Source: Macrostomum lignano
Taxonomy: Eukaryota
Assembly (NCBI GenBank): GCA_002269645.1
Contig: NIVC01000739.1
Coordinates: 124,001-188,000, forward strand
Length of the DNA: 64,000 nt
Direction: 5' to 3'
Shown here: positions 38,913 to 48,777 of the stretch, piece after piece
How positions within the stretch are numbered: the stretch's first letter is position 1
How the letters are laid out: the number at the start of each line of letters is the position of its first letter
Translations under genes and position numbers: made by a program
Notes under the pieces: model-generated
What the model was told of the DNA's origin: nothing
Database searches by the model: none
The model's input: the letters and a program-made list of their open reading frames with translations, nothing else

Positions 38913-39302
38913 ATGCCTCTTATTTTCGAAAAAGACATTGACAAATACTATGACAAAGAGGAACTTAATCTCATTAAACGCGGATCTGGACTTTTCCCTG
39001 CAGGCCACTATCCAAGAAAAGAACGCTCTGGGAATGGCCTTGCTGATTTGATCGCTCAAGGGGCCAAGATTTTTAAGGTCATTGGAGAGAACAAAGAGAA
39101 CATCAAGAACGTTGCCGAAGCGGCTGGCAGTGTAGCCACAGCAGCCAAAAAGATTAAAGATACTGTAACACCTAAACAAGAGATTCAACCTCCACTGGCC
39201 CCGCTGGCCCCGCTGGCCCCAAATCCAGACAGTGTGGACCCTGCAGTCTATGAGAAGATGAGAGCAAGCATTAAAAAAGGAAGTGGTTTCAAATTTGACT
39301 AA
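38913..39302 (+). CDS. Putative virion core/precursor protein, 129 aa
   Basis: TAAAA-ATG at 38913; KRGSG, RSGNG and KKGSG are candidate adenain-type cleavage sites; amphipathic helix GLADLIAQGAKIFKVIG. Confidence 0.65.
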   Translation: MPLIFEKDIDKYYDKEELNLIKRGSGLFPAGHYPRKERSGNGLADLIAQGAKIFKVIGENKENIKNVAEAAGSVATAAKKIKDTVTPKQEIQPPLAPLAPLAPNPDSVDPAVYEKMRASIKKGSGFKFD

Positions 39303-39319
39303 AGGTACTTTCCGAGGGT

Positions 39320-39505
39320 ACAAGACTAGTCCCGAAATGACACATCTAAGTCCCAAAATGACACATTTAAGTTCCAAAATGACACATCTAAGTCCCAATA
39401 AGTCCCAAAACGACACATTCAAGTCCCGAAATGACACATCTAAGTCCCAAAACGACACATTCAAGTCCCAAAACGACACATTCAAGTCCCGAAATGACAC
39501 ATCTT
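39320..39505. repeat. 21-bp tandem array between the core gene and the ATPase
   Basis: Unit gtcccaaaatgacacatctaa with variants. Confidence 0.9.
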
Positions 39506-39543
39506 CTAAATGATTTATTATTTAATTTTTTTTCATAGAAAAA

Positions 39544-40344
39544 ATGGACTTTTCAAACGACTTCAATCCTCACTGGACACGCAATCAGATAAAATTTGCT
39601 CACAACGAGATAATTCCAGGGCACTTCCGATGCATTGTTGTTGGCTCATCTGGGTCAGGGAAAACCTTCAGAGTTTTTAACATGCTCCTCAGACCTGGAT
39701 TCCTCGATTATGACACACTACATATCTATTCACCCACTCTGTATCAAGATGAGTATAAAATGCTAGTAGCGGGCCTACAGAACAAACTCAACAAAGAGGA
39801 CATTATTCAATGTTTTAATAACCAAATGAGCCTTCCCAGTAACCCTGAAATTGTAGCTGCTGAATATGCAAAGCACCTCAAAGACAATGAAAAATGGCAG
39901 AACATTAAAGTGTTCACCTATGGAGATCCACAGGCTGATCCAAAGACCAAACTTCTACCCCAACCAGATGAGCTAGAAAAGGGGAGAAAGCATTTGATCG
40001 TCTTTGATGATTGTATGACAGGCCCACAGAAGCAGATAGAAAACTATTTTACAAGAGGACGACATAACAATTGTAATATAATTTACATTGCACAGAACTG
40101 GTTTGAACTGCCAAATAAAACAATTCGAGGTAACTGTAATTTGATTCTCCTTTTCCCAACCATACCACAAGATCGACTGAAACGATTTTATAATGAGGTC
40201 ATTGCCCCAGCTCACATTACATATCCAGCTAAGAACTCTAACAGAACAATATCACAGGAGGAATTCGTTAACATATGCTATGAAAAGTGGAACCAACCCT
40301 ATCAGTTTGTCATGATTAATAAGGAGAAAAGAATTTTACTTTAA
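39544..40344 (+). CDS. A32/FtsK-like DNA packaging ATPase
   Basis: Walker A GSSGSGKT, Walker B LIVFDD, and FTRGRHNNCNIIYIAQ. Confidence 0.93.
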   Translation: MDFSNDFNPHWTRNQIKFAHNEIIPGHFRCIVVGSSGSGKTFRVFNMLLRPGFLDYDTLHIYSPTLYQDEYKMLVAGLQNKLNKEDIIQCFNNQMSLPSNPEIVAAEYAKHLKDNEKWQNIKVFTYGDPQADPKTKLLPQPDELEKGRKHLIVFDDCMTGPQKQIENYFTRGRHNNCNIIYIAQNWFELPNKTIRGNCNLILLFPTIPQDRLKRFYNEVIAPAHITYPAKNSNRTISQEEFVNICYEKWNQPYQFVMINKEKRILL

Positions 40345-40360
40345 TTTTTCATTTAAAAAA

Positions 40361-41155
40361 ATGTCTATAAATTTTGCAGGTGAGTCAACTACAGGCAACA
40401 GCACTCTCACAACTTCCTTCCTTGACAAGCGCTACATTAACACTGATGAAGAGATCCCAGAGATCAAACTGAATAAAAACAGACTGAAAGCCCTAGAGCG
40501 CTCCATGCACCAGTTGCAAATAAACATAGAAGATCTCAGGCTTAAAGTAGCTAGACAGAAGTTTGACAGTGATAAGCTTTATGTGCCGTTGTTAAACGCA
40601 ACTAATGAACTTAGGTCAGAAATAACTTCGATAGTCTCGCTAATCAACGGCTTGAGATCATCAGTTAATCTTCTGGGAAATTCCACTGATAGACGGATGC
40701 GTATTCTCGAAGGAGGAGTTTTCACAAACACAGCTAAAGTAAATAATTTAGAAGAGTTTATGAACCAGTCAACAGCGTTGCATGATAGAATTAAAGAAAA
40801 CGTCGCAACCAACACAGTTAAAGTCAATAATTTAGAAGAGTTCATGACTCAGTCAACATCGTTGCATGATAGAATTAAAGAAAGACTTGATGCAATTAAA
40901 GTCTATTTAGATTTAATTTTTACCGAATGGCAGAAATCGTTGAGAAGAATCAGTCGTCTTGAGGGAGTACACAATCTTCCTGATATTGATACTGTTGAAG
41001 AGGCACCACAGACCACAAGGGAAATAAGTGATCCAACCGACTTGACCACTGACCACAAATTTCGTGAGCCAACCAGTTTGACCACTAACCCAAAATTTCG
41101 TGAGCCAACCGGTTTGTTTGAGATCAAGTGTAGAATGGAGCGCATAGACAAATAA
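40361..41155 (+). CDS. Coiled-coil protein with internal repeats (fibre-like candidate), 264 aa
   Basis: Heptad pattern, two 28-aa repeats (TNTxKVNNLEEFMxQSTxLHDRIKE), three ~12-aa PTxLTT repeats. Confidence 0.7.
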   Translation: MSINFAGESTTGNSTLTTSFLDKRYINTDEEIPEIKLNKNRLKALERSMHQLQINIEDLRLKVARQKFDSDKLYVPLLNATNELRSEITSIVSLINGLRSSVNLLGNSTDRRMRILEGGVFTNTAKVNNLEEFMNQSTALHDRIKENVATNTVKVNNLEEFMTQSTSLHDRIKERLDAIKVYLDLIFTEWQKSLRRISRLEGVHNLPDIDTVEEAPQTTREISDPTDLTTDHKFREPTSLTTNPKFREPTGLFEIKCRMERIDK

Positions 41156-41269
41156 ATAGGTAGATTCGAAGAGACCTGCTGGCGCCAACTGCAGACGAAA
41201 CAATCAAACGTAAAACAAATCTAACCACCACCAACGAGTTGTCAATTTTTTTTAAAAAATTCTCTAAAA

Positions 41270-41926
41270 ATGGATGCTCAAAATTCTCTTTATGATCCGA
41301 ATGCTCCCACAGCACCCACAGCACCTAGTGCACCCCAATATGAGCAACAAAAACTCTACCCCGTCATTACTTGTAACTCTCAGCAGTTTCGACTGGTGGA
41401 GATTCAAAAAATGCGTGATGATCTTGAAAAAAATATTTTCCACAACACAAAGAAAATTAAGCGCTATGACAACCACTGTAAATTTTTCGACTACAGCAAT
41501 ATGATTCTAGGATCTGTGTCTGTTCTAACTGGGTCTGCTGCAGCTGTCTCAGTGTTGCCAGCCATCACAGTCCCAATCGCAATTCCACTTGGTTCAGTAG
41601 GTGCTGCATGTGGACTTATTTCAGCAATTACTGGAGCAGTAGCGCGAAACAGGCGAAAAAAACTAAAGCAGCTACAGGAGAAGCAAGTAAAAGAGAAAGG
41701 AGTGCACACTTCAATCATAGGGTACATTTCAAGGGCAATCGAGGATAAGTTCATTTCAGAGGATGAGTTCAAAACCATTCAGGATCTTTATGAACAATCA
41801 ATTCGAATGAACTTGAACATGGTCGGTACTGATGACATGAGTCAGCTGAGAAATGAACTCGAGAAAGTTCTTCAACATTATGTGGAAAGAAGGACAACGA
41901 GAAGGACAACGAGAAATGCACAATGA
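41270..41926 (+). CDS. Putative membrane-active accessory protein (GasderminX-like of adintoviruses), 218 aa
   Basis: FRLVEI helix, two hydrophobic Gly/Ala-rich segments, basic RRKKLK, and ISRAIEDKFISEDEF; family assignment from recall. Confidence 0.65.
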   Translation: MDAQNSLYDPNAPTAPTAPSAPQYEQQKLYPVITCNSQQFRLVEIQKMRDDLEKNIFHNTKKIKRYDNHCKFFDYSNMILGSVSVLTGSAAAVSVLPAITVPIAIPLGSVGAACGLISAITGAVARNRRKKLKQLQEKQVKEKGVHTSIIGYISRAIEDKFISEDEFKTIQDLYEQSIRMNLNMVGTDDMSQLRNELEKVLQHYVERRTTRRTTRNAQ

Positions 41927-41930
41927 ACCC

Positions 41931-42330
41931 TTATGAAACACAGCCAAGAATAATTTCCTTGTAGGTCTTTCGTGTTTTGGTCATTGCATACAAAACAGTC
42001 ATGCACAGCTCACCGCAAATATCACTGCTAAGACCTTGGAGAATAAAGTCTGAGCGATAAATTTTTTTATTTTTTTCCCTTCATATAATTTCTTAGCTCT
42101 TCTGGTACTGCCGTCCCATAGCTATCGAAGTAATAACACTTGTGCTTGCGATCGGGATCAATCACCCAGCAAACCCAATGAGATCCTGGCTTATCGGTGG
42201 TGTCAAAGTTCATGATGCCGCATTCCTTTCTTAGAGGAAAATCGGGCAGAGTGTCCCTCATAAATATTCCTCTAAAGTTTGGGATTTCCAGTTCGTTAGC
42301 CAAATCTTCAAGAAAGTTATTTGTCGTCAT
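41931..42330 (-). CDS. Adenain-like cysteine protease, one frameshift; 132 aa if restored
   Basis: GSHWVC, YFDSYG, then in the +1 frame ILQGLSSDICGELC; one extra A in the A7 run at 42070-42076. Confidence 0.9.
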
Positions 42331-42406
42331 TTTTTTATGAGGTTTATTAAACTTTCTCTTAAACCTAAACCCAATCTCCTAATCTCCTAATCTCCAGTGC
42401 CCGAAT

Positions 42407-45400
42407 CTAACTTCCACCTCCTAAACCTAATCTCCAGTGCCCGAACGGTAGACTGTTAATGTTGTCATCAAAAATGAATCTCTTGTTATCTGCACCTGAC
42501 AGTCCAATCTTCTTTTGCTGAATTGTGTGAATAATATGGTTTTTAGATTGTAGCTTTGAGAACTCATGTGATGTCTTTTTGTTATAATTCAAGGCGTCTC
42601 TGTATTCAGCTTCATTAATTTCCTTCCTAACTACACGTTTCGGAATTCCCTTTGATTTTTTGATTGGGTCTGACGACTCACATTTTATAAAATAGGACTT
42701 TGCTCTCAACCCAATGAATTCAGTGATTATGTCACCAGCAATCTCGTCCTTCATTTTCCCAATCACTTTCTTGTTAGTAGCGTCAAACACTTGATCACCA
42801 TTCTGTGTCCTGCAAGATTCATCATACTCAGACAAGTCAAACAAATCTTTTTGCTGCAGCATGTCCTGATAAATGTCTTCTGTTTGAATATCCATAATAA
42901 AACTGTCTGTGTCAGTGTACAAGAGTTTCATTTTATCCTTGTACTGCTGCTTCATGCCATAGAAGAACTGGTACATCAGACGTTTTGATTCGTCGAGAAC
43001 AGTGACACCTGTATAGATCGGCTTGCGCAGCGTCACCTTGGTTTTGTAAAATATGATCACACCTAAGTAGCTATTAAAGATATGGAGTTCTTTGAATGTT
43101 GGCTTTGACATATTTGCCTGAATAACAGCAGGCTCTGATGAGGTAACAAGTTTCAGGTTTGTTCTTTTCCTCTCATTCTCAAGAGTCTTGCCATAGACAG
43201 AGTTGTTGGCAACTTAAAGAGGTTCTTGTCAAAGTCGTTGGTTGCTTTGGTCCTAAACTGGGTGTTCTTATCAATGTAGGGTTTCATCCACGCTTCCTCT
43301 GTAAATGTAAGAGCCCTGTGAACTTTGGTGACCCTGCAACCAGTGAGATAAAATACTGAAGCAGTTTGTAATGGATTTTGTAACGTGTCTTGTTGTTTAG
43401 ATTCTGTGTTAGTTTCTCTGTATGTTCTTTTTCTGTTCCTGACAGGTGCCAAGTTCCATTATTATCATTGGGAGTTTCGATTATTTTCGGGCACTTGATG
43501 TTCTCTGGGAAGGGTGGAAAGTCAGAGAAATAGTCGTGAAGCTCTGGTGGAATGTAAACATCAACCTCATAAATGGCAGCCAATGAAAAGTCCTGTTTGA
43601 ATTCTGATGAGGGTAGCCATCGAAAATCTCTAACTGGAAGATCTTGACTCATCGCCCACCCGTAGAGATTATTAGCGTCCAAGTAAGTAATGTAGTTTGA
43701 GGGCTGCTCCTTATTGTAAGATTCAATGTAGGGATTGTTTGCTTTTGCATATCTATGGGTGCAAATTGAGATCCCCCCTCGCTTTGACGATTCGACAAAA
43801 TTGTACATGTCAATGTCTGTAAGAAGTTCAATGTACCAATCTGGATCTTGATCCCATTTCATTTTAAGCAAAGATTCCCAGCTAGTGGCAGGCAGAGACA
43901 CATAATGTGCTGGATCGAGGCCATATGCTGTGTACCAGGTGTATCTGAAGGTTTCAAACACATCAGCCAGCAGAAACACATCTGTGTAGAGGTAAAGCAG
44001 GTGATACTGGAAGAAGTTTTGACAATTAAAGTAATTATAGACATGCTTCGCATGCTCATAGTCTTTGTCAGAGATTCCAGAGTCTGTTAGCTTTGAAAAG
44101 AACTTCTCCTGTGGTGGTAAACCTTCTTCAAATACGTGATACCCAGTAATATTTTCATAGGGGTAGAAGCCTTTCTTTCTTAAAAGTTTAAATGATTCAT
44201 CAGTGTTGTTAATTTTACTTGCAAACATCTTTGTATATGTACATTGTTCATCTTTTAGATTCTTGCTTAGTTCGTCTAGACTGGCAGCTAGAAATTGATA
44301 TGAATCCTTCAGTCTTATTTTACCTTTACCCGAATTATCCTGTTTAATATCAACACACTTAAACTTCTCCTTGTTCTCTGCGATGCAGTCAAGGTGTATG
44401 TCTGGAATCATGCCGATTTTTTCAATTATTAAATGCATGTCATAGTTCTTTGCGTTGTGACAAAATATCGTTAGATCATGAATGTTCGATTTTAGCTTTA
44501 GATTACAGGTGTTATGCGCTGCACCTCTAAATTTCCCAGTAAAGTGGCAGTGGTCCCTAACGGTGGGGTTTTTAATATCAGTGCAAGTTAAATGTTTCCT
44601 GCAGATGTGGCAATGAGTTGCTGATAGGAAATTACTTTCATCCTCCTCAGTCATCATTATTGGAACAGGTTGAAGGGTGCTAATAACTTTTTGCAACTCT
44701 AACATTCTGGCAATAAACTGCTCCACACACTGCTCTCCAAAGAAATAATTATACTCAACAAGTCCTTTTGTATTAATAAAGGCATATGCTACTGAATTGG
44801 GGACATGTTTTTGAGTTTGAGTTTGAGTTTGTTTTTGAGTTTGAGTTTGTTTTTGAGTTTCCGGCACGATTGAGCATTCGAAATCAGCATATACAACAAA
44901 TGGGAGCTTCTCCATCTTGTGATAGTTCTTAAACCGGAGATACTTCTCTTCAGCTGAAGGAAGAGAGCAGTTTGTTGGGTGATCCTCACATGATAATTCA
45001 TGCTCTGCTAGTTTTTCAAAGCGTTCAGGTCCACTGTAATGCTTAAGGCACAAGCGGCAGATGGCAACAGCCTCGTGATGATTATTCAACTGCTTGTGAA
45101 TGAGTCTTGAAAGATCTTTAATCCAAACATAGTGAGCCTCCTCTAGTAAATTACCAATCACTAGAAGATCCACTTCATCCGCCTTTTCCCCTCAGGATCT
45201 AAAACGTCTTTGCTACATCTGACCGGTTGAACTTTCTCAGTTTTTTCACTCCATTCAAAGACTGTGATTCTAATTTTGTTATTAAACACTTCTTCTAGCT
45301 TTGAGATCTGAGAGATCGCCAAGCCTCCTTTGTCAAACCTGATTCCCTTCTTTTCGCATTCGATAAGATAGTAGTTGAAATAATTTTGATAATTTGAGGT

Positions 45401-46257
45401 TCTTTCGGGGTGGTGAGGTACACTAATAAGTGCAGAAAGAACTGCCCATAGGGCACAGCAATTGTCTTTATTTTTAACATTTATGCAAGCTTTTTTGCCG
45501 GCTAGCTTGTGTGGGAGCTCTATATAAGAGGAGGCTTTAAGTGGGTCATATTTCATGACCATGACAGTCGCTCTTTGAATCCCTCTCACGACCCATCCAG
45601 AACCTCTGGATGTAAACGCTTCAATTTTCTTAGTGGCATCTTGAAGGAAAGGATCCAGTGTGTCTGTTGGGGTGAATGGCTTTGCCTTTGTTGTCATGTA
45701 ATACTCGAGATGCTCAGTGGGTTTCGCAGGCATATAAAACGCAATCTTGAATGATATCTGTAGTTTAAAGGTCTTGCGTGTTTTGAGTGTGTGATCAACA
45801 ACTGATTGGATGCTGTCTTTATAGTCGTAGATGTTTGCGGTGGTATCCTTAATTGGGATTGTGTACTCTATGTAATGTTCTGTAAACTTCCTCTGTGCAA
45901 AATTAATCTCTTCAATGGCAAGCTCCGACTCTTTTAAATGGATTAATTGCTCTAATTTCCTTGTTCCTGCTTATTTTGTGGGTACTTTGCTTTTTCACCA
46001 GTGAGAGTTTCGTATTTGTTAACTAAGTTGCGACTCCTCTCTTGGTGTTCCTTTGCAGAATTTTTTATAGGCGCATACTGGTTGGATTCTAATTGATTGA
46101 TGATTTCCAACTGTTTTTCATAGCTTCCCAGGTGACCAGGGTCTGTGTTAAACGTTTGTTTACATGCTTCTCTTAGTAAATTACTTTTGTCTTGAAATGA
46201 GACGCCTTTTGAAAAATATTTGTTGACTAAATCTCTTGCTGGATTGGCTTTTGGCAT
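42407..46257 (-). CDS. polB: Protein-primed family B DNA polymerase with four -1 frameshifts; 1284 aa if restored
   Basis: Exo I VYADFE, RDHCHFTGKFRGAAH, Exo II HNAKNYD, YLDANNLYG, KLANNSVYGK, YTDTDS; adding one base at ~45958, ~45185, ~43343 and ~43210 gives a 3855-nt frame. Confidence 0.93.
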
Positions 46258-46466
46258 TTTTTTCTCTAAAATAAAAAAAAATTTTGAGGGTGACCACCCT
46301 GATAGAAAAGTTGAACTGTTTCTACATCCTATCAGTAGTATTAGGTTTATGAAGCTGGATAAAGTGGGGTTTTAAACCTCATCACATGCGCATTATTGTA
46401 AACCCAGCATTGTGCAGTGTCATGATGGCTTTGACAATGTCAGACTTGCTTACAGAATTTTCATGC

Positions 46467-46838
46467 TCAAATCATCACGATCGGGCAGCCCTCAGGGCAA
46501 CCATCTCCTGCCTTAATTGTTATACCTTTATCTCTTGCAATCTTTTGCAATTCTAGCTGGTGGGCTCTATCATTCCCAGCTTTAACAGCAGTTGCTACAC
46601 CTCCAGCTACACCACCTGCGGCACTTACAGCGCCTGCAATGATCGGAATAAGAGCTGCTAATGGTAGGATTCCTCCTGACTTTTCATCTGTGATACTGTG
46701 TCTTTGTTCATTACACTGAACTATTTGCTGCGTGGGATCGATTTTTACTTTGATACCTTTAATTGATATAAGACCTGGTTTCTTTGATTCAATGATTTTA
46801 TTGAGTTTATTGATGGTTCTGGTTTCAATCTTTGTCAT
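46467..46838 (-). CDS. Adenovirus pX-like membrane/core precursor, 123 aa
   Basis: KSGG-ILPLAALIPIIAGAVSAAGGVAGGVATAV parallels adenoviral pX (MRGG-ILPLLIPLIAAAIGA). Confidence 0.7.
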   Translation of the reverse strand: MTKIETRTINKLNKIIESKKPGLISIKGIKVKIDPTQQIVQCNEQRHSITDEKSGGILPLAALIPIIAGAVSAAGGVAGGVATAVKAGNDRAHQLELQKIARDKGITIKAGDGCPEGCPIVMI

Positions 46839-46854
46839 TTTTTATTTTAATATT

Positions 46855-47892
46855 TTAATTAATTTCTGTGTCAGCTGGTATCACTAGGAGTTCAGCTCTA
46901 GTGAATGACCGTGTGGGGGATTTAGGGTTAAAGGCCTGAGATAAAAAGTAATAGTCACCGGAGTCGGAGGTAAAATGTCTGTCTATTTTATGTACATCAA
47001 GGCTGAAGTATGGATCTGTAGCTCTTCTTTTGGTGTCTTTCTCTAGCTCTCCAGGTAGATATAAAAAGCGTAGAAACTCAGAGTTTGTCAGTATGTATGG
47101 TGATTCAACTCCTGGAAGCTTAGGGTAGTTCGAGGTGTGTTTTGTGTTGTGTGTGTTGTGTGGGGTTGTCGTGTTGTTGTCTGTTTTATGAGATGACTTA
47201 AGTTCGACAGTGTCTTGTTTAATTGCATGGGACGGTTTCAATCCAGTCATACGTGTGACTTCATTGTTCAGTTGCTCTATAACAGTGGGGAGCCGGTCTG
47301 TCCATTTTGAATAGTACTGACCACTTTTTAGTTTCAGCTCCTCAGCTGTCTGCTTAGTGAATAGCCTCTTGGCTAGAGTTAGATTGAATCTCTCAACGTA
47401 CGCTTGGTCTCTGTGCAAGTTTGTTCTGCCATAGCGAATCTCTGTATTGTGCTTTTCCATAAGGGATTTCACTGCACCCATGAATTCCTTACCCGGGTCG
47501 GTCATGAACATTTCAGGGTAACTAAGGGGTGAGTTTTTATAAATATCTTGCAGTGCGCTGGCAACAACCTCTGACTTCTTCGTCTTGAGTGGGCGAGCTT
47601 CCTTATATCTGGAGGCAACATCTGTAATTGTGAGAGCATACTTGTAGCCCGAGTCATTGGGGAGAAACAGAAGATCTGCTTAGTGCGCCTCATTAGGTTT
47701 ATAAATACTGAAATGGGGCCTTTCAAATTTTACTGGTGGGAAATAGACTTGGTAGACTGCTTGCTTAGAGAGCCACTTTTCTACTTTAGCTTTTGGTTCC
47801 TTACTTAGTTCTGCGAGTTTGGTGACTGCATTTTTTCCTACAAAGAATCCTTTGTCGCTGTAGTAGAGTTTTTTAAGTTTCTGATCTGTCAT
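46855..47892 (-). pseudogene. Retroviral-like (rve) integrase with one in-frame stop
   Basis: ATG at 47892; PNEAH*ADLLFL (TAA at 47682-47680, expected Gln CAA); DDE residues in ADLL, MTDPGKEF and AYVERFNLTL. Confidence 0.9.
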
Positions 47893-47922
47893 TTTTTTAA
47901 AAAGAAAATTTAAAATAAAATA

Positions 47923-48372
47923 ATGCAACGCTCTGGTGGTAAAATAGATTCACATGGACTGATAGAAAAGCTTCCTCATCCAAACAAAGGCTGGACCATT
48001 CCCGGGTACAAATATTGCGGGCCTTTGAATCCACTTGAAATACAGTTAGATAAAAACAATAATCCAAATCCTGGGCATGAGCCTGTGAACGAGCTAGACT
48101 CTGTCTGCATGTGGCACGACGTTAAATATAGAGATTTTCCTGAGGAGAAGAATCGTTGGGACAAAGAAATGCTTAGAAGACTAGACAATATAGGGGCTTC
48201 AAGCGGGTGGAGGGAATCGATCGCTCGGAAGCTAGTTAAAGCTGTTATTTTTAGTAAGGCAAAGTTGGGGTTGGGGGTTGAAGGCGAGGGCGGGGTGGGT
48301 TTTGCATTGCACGCGCCAAGTCAAGAACTAGGAAGACTGTTGAAAGAGCTGGGGGTTGAGAGAGCAGAATGA
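47923..48372 (+). CDS. Parvovirus-VP1-type phospholipase A2 domain protein, 149 aa
   Basis: Ca-binding loop PGYKYCGP and catalytic PVNELDSVCMWHDVKY. Confidence 0.88.
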   Translation: MQRSGGKIDSHGLIEKLPHPNKGWTIPGYKYCGPLNPLEIQLDKNNNPNPGHEPVNELDSVCMWHDVKYRDFPEEKNRWDKEMLRRLDNIGASSGWRESIARKLVKAVIFSKAKLGLGVEGEGGVGFALHAPSQELGRLLKELGVERAE

Positions 48373-48381
48373 TTCTCTCTC

Positions 48382-48509
48382 CACTTGTGTGGAGCGAAAA
48401 GAAGCGAAGGCCAAAAGGCCAGAACGCAAAGGATTTTGGCCTCGAGTAAGGCCAAATTTTATCGCAAACTGGCCTTTTGGCCTTCGCTTCGCTTTTCTCC
48501 ACACAAGTG
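48382..48509. repeat. 128-bp palindrome/hairpin
   Basis: Arms cacttgtgtggag-N6-gaagcgaaggccaaaaggccag and its reverse complement; inner stem tttggcct/aggccaaa. Confidence 0.85.
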
Positions 48510-48777
48510 TACAGTCTTGAGCACACTGGTTTCGGCTACAATCTCTCTTTCCACCATGCTTCTCCTTCATGCTCCTCACCTCCTCACCCTATGCTTTGTC
48601 TATAGAGAAGTCTCACCCCTCACATTCACACACCTCATGTTCTCTCGTACACTGAGCTATATCGATTGTTTTTCCCTGCTTGACTCCAAGATTGTACAGT
48701 CTGGAATTTTCTAGAATTTTCTACGGCTAGCTGTATTTAAGCAAACCAAGAAACACTCGAGCTGCTTCTCCCCACAT

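Noticed and set aside
38898-39513. ORFs of 200 aa (minus) and 76 aa (plus)
   Set aside because: Driven by the 21-bp array and antisense to the core gene
46378-46470. Possible C-terminal extension of the pX-like ORF (FEHENSVSKSDIVKAIMTLHNAGF)
   Set aside because: Needs a frameshift that is not at an obvious homopolymer, and there is no motif support
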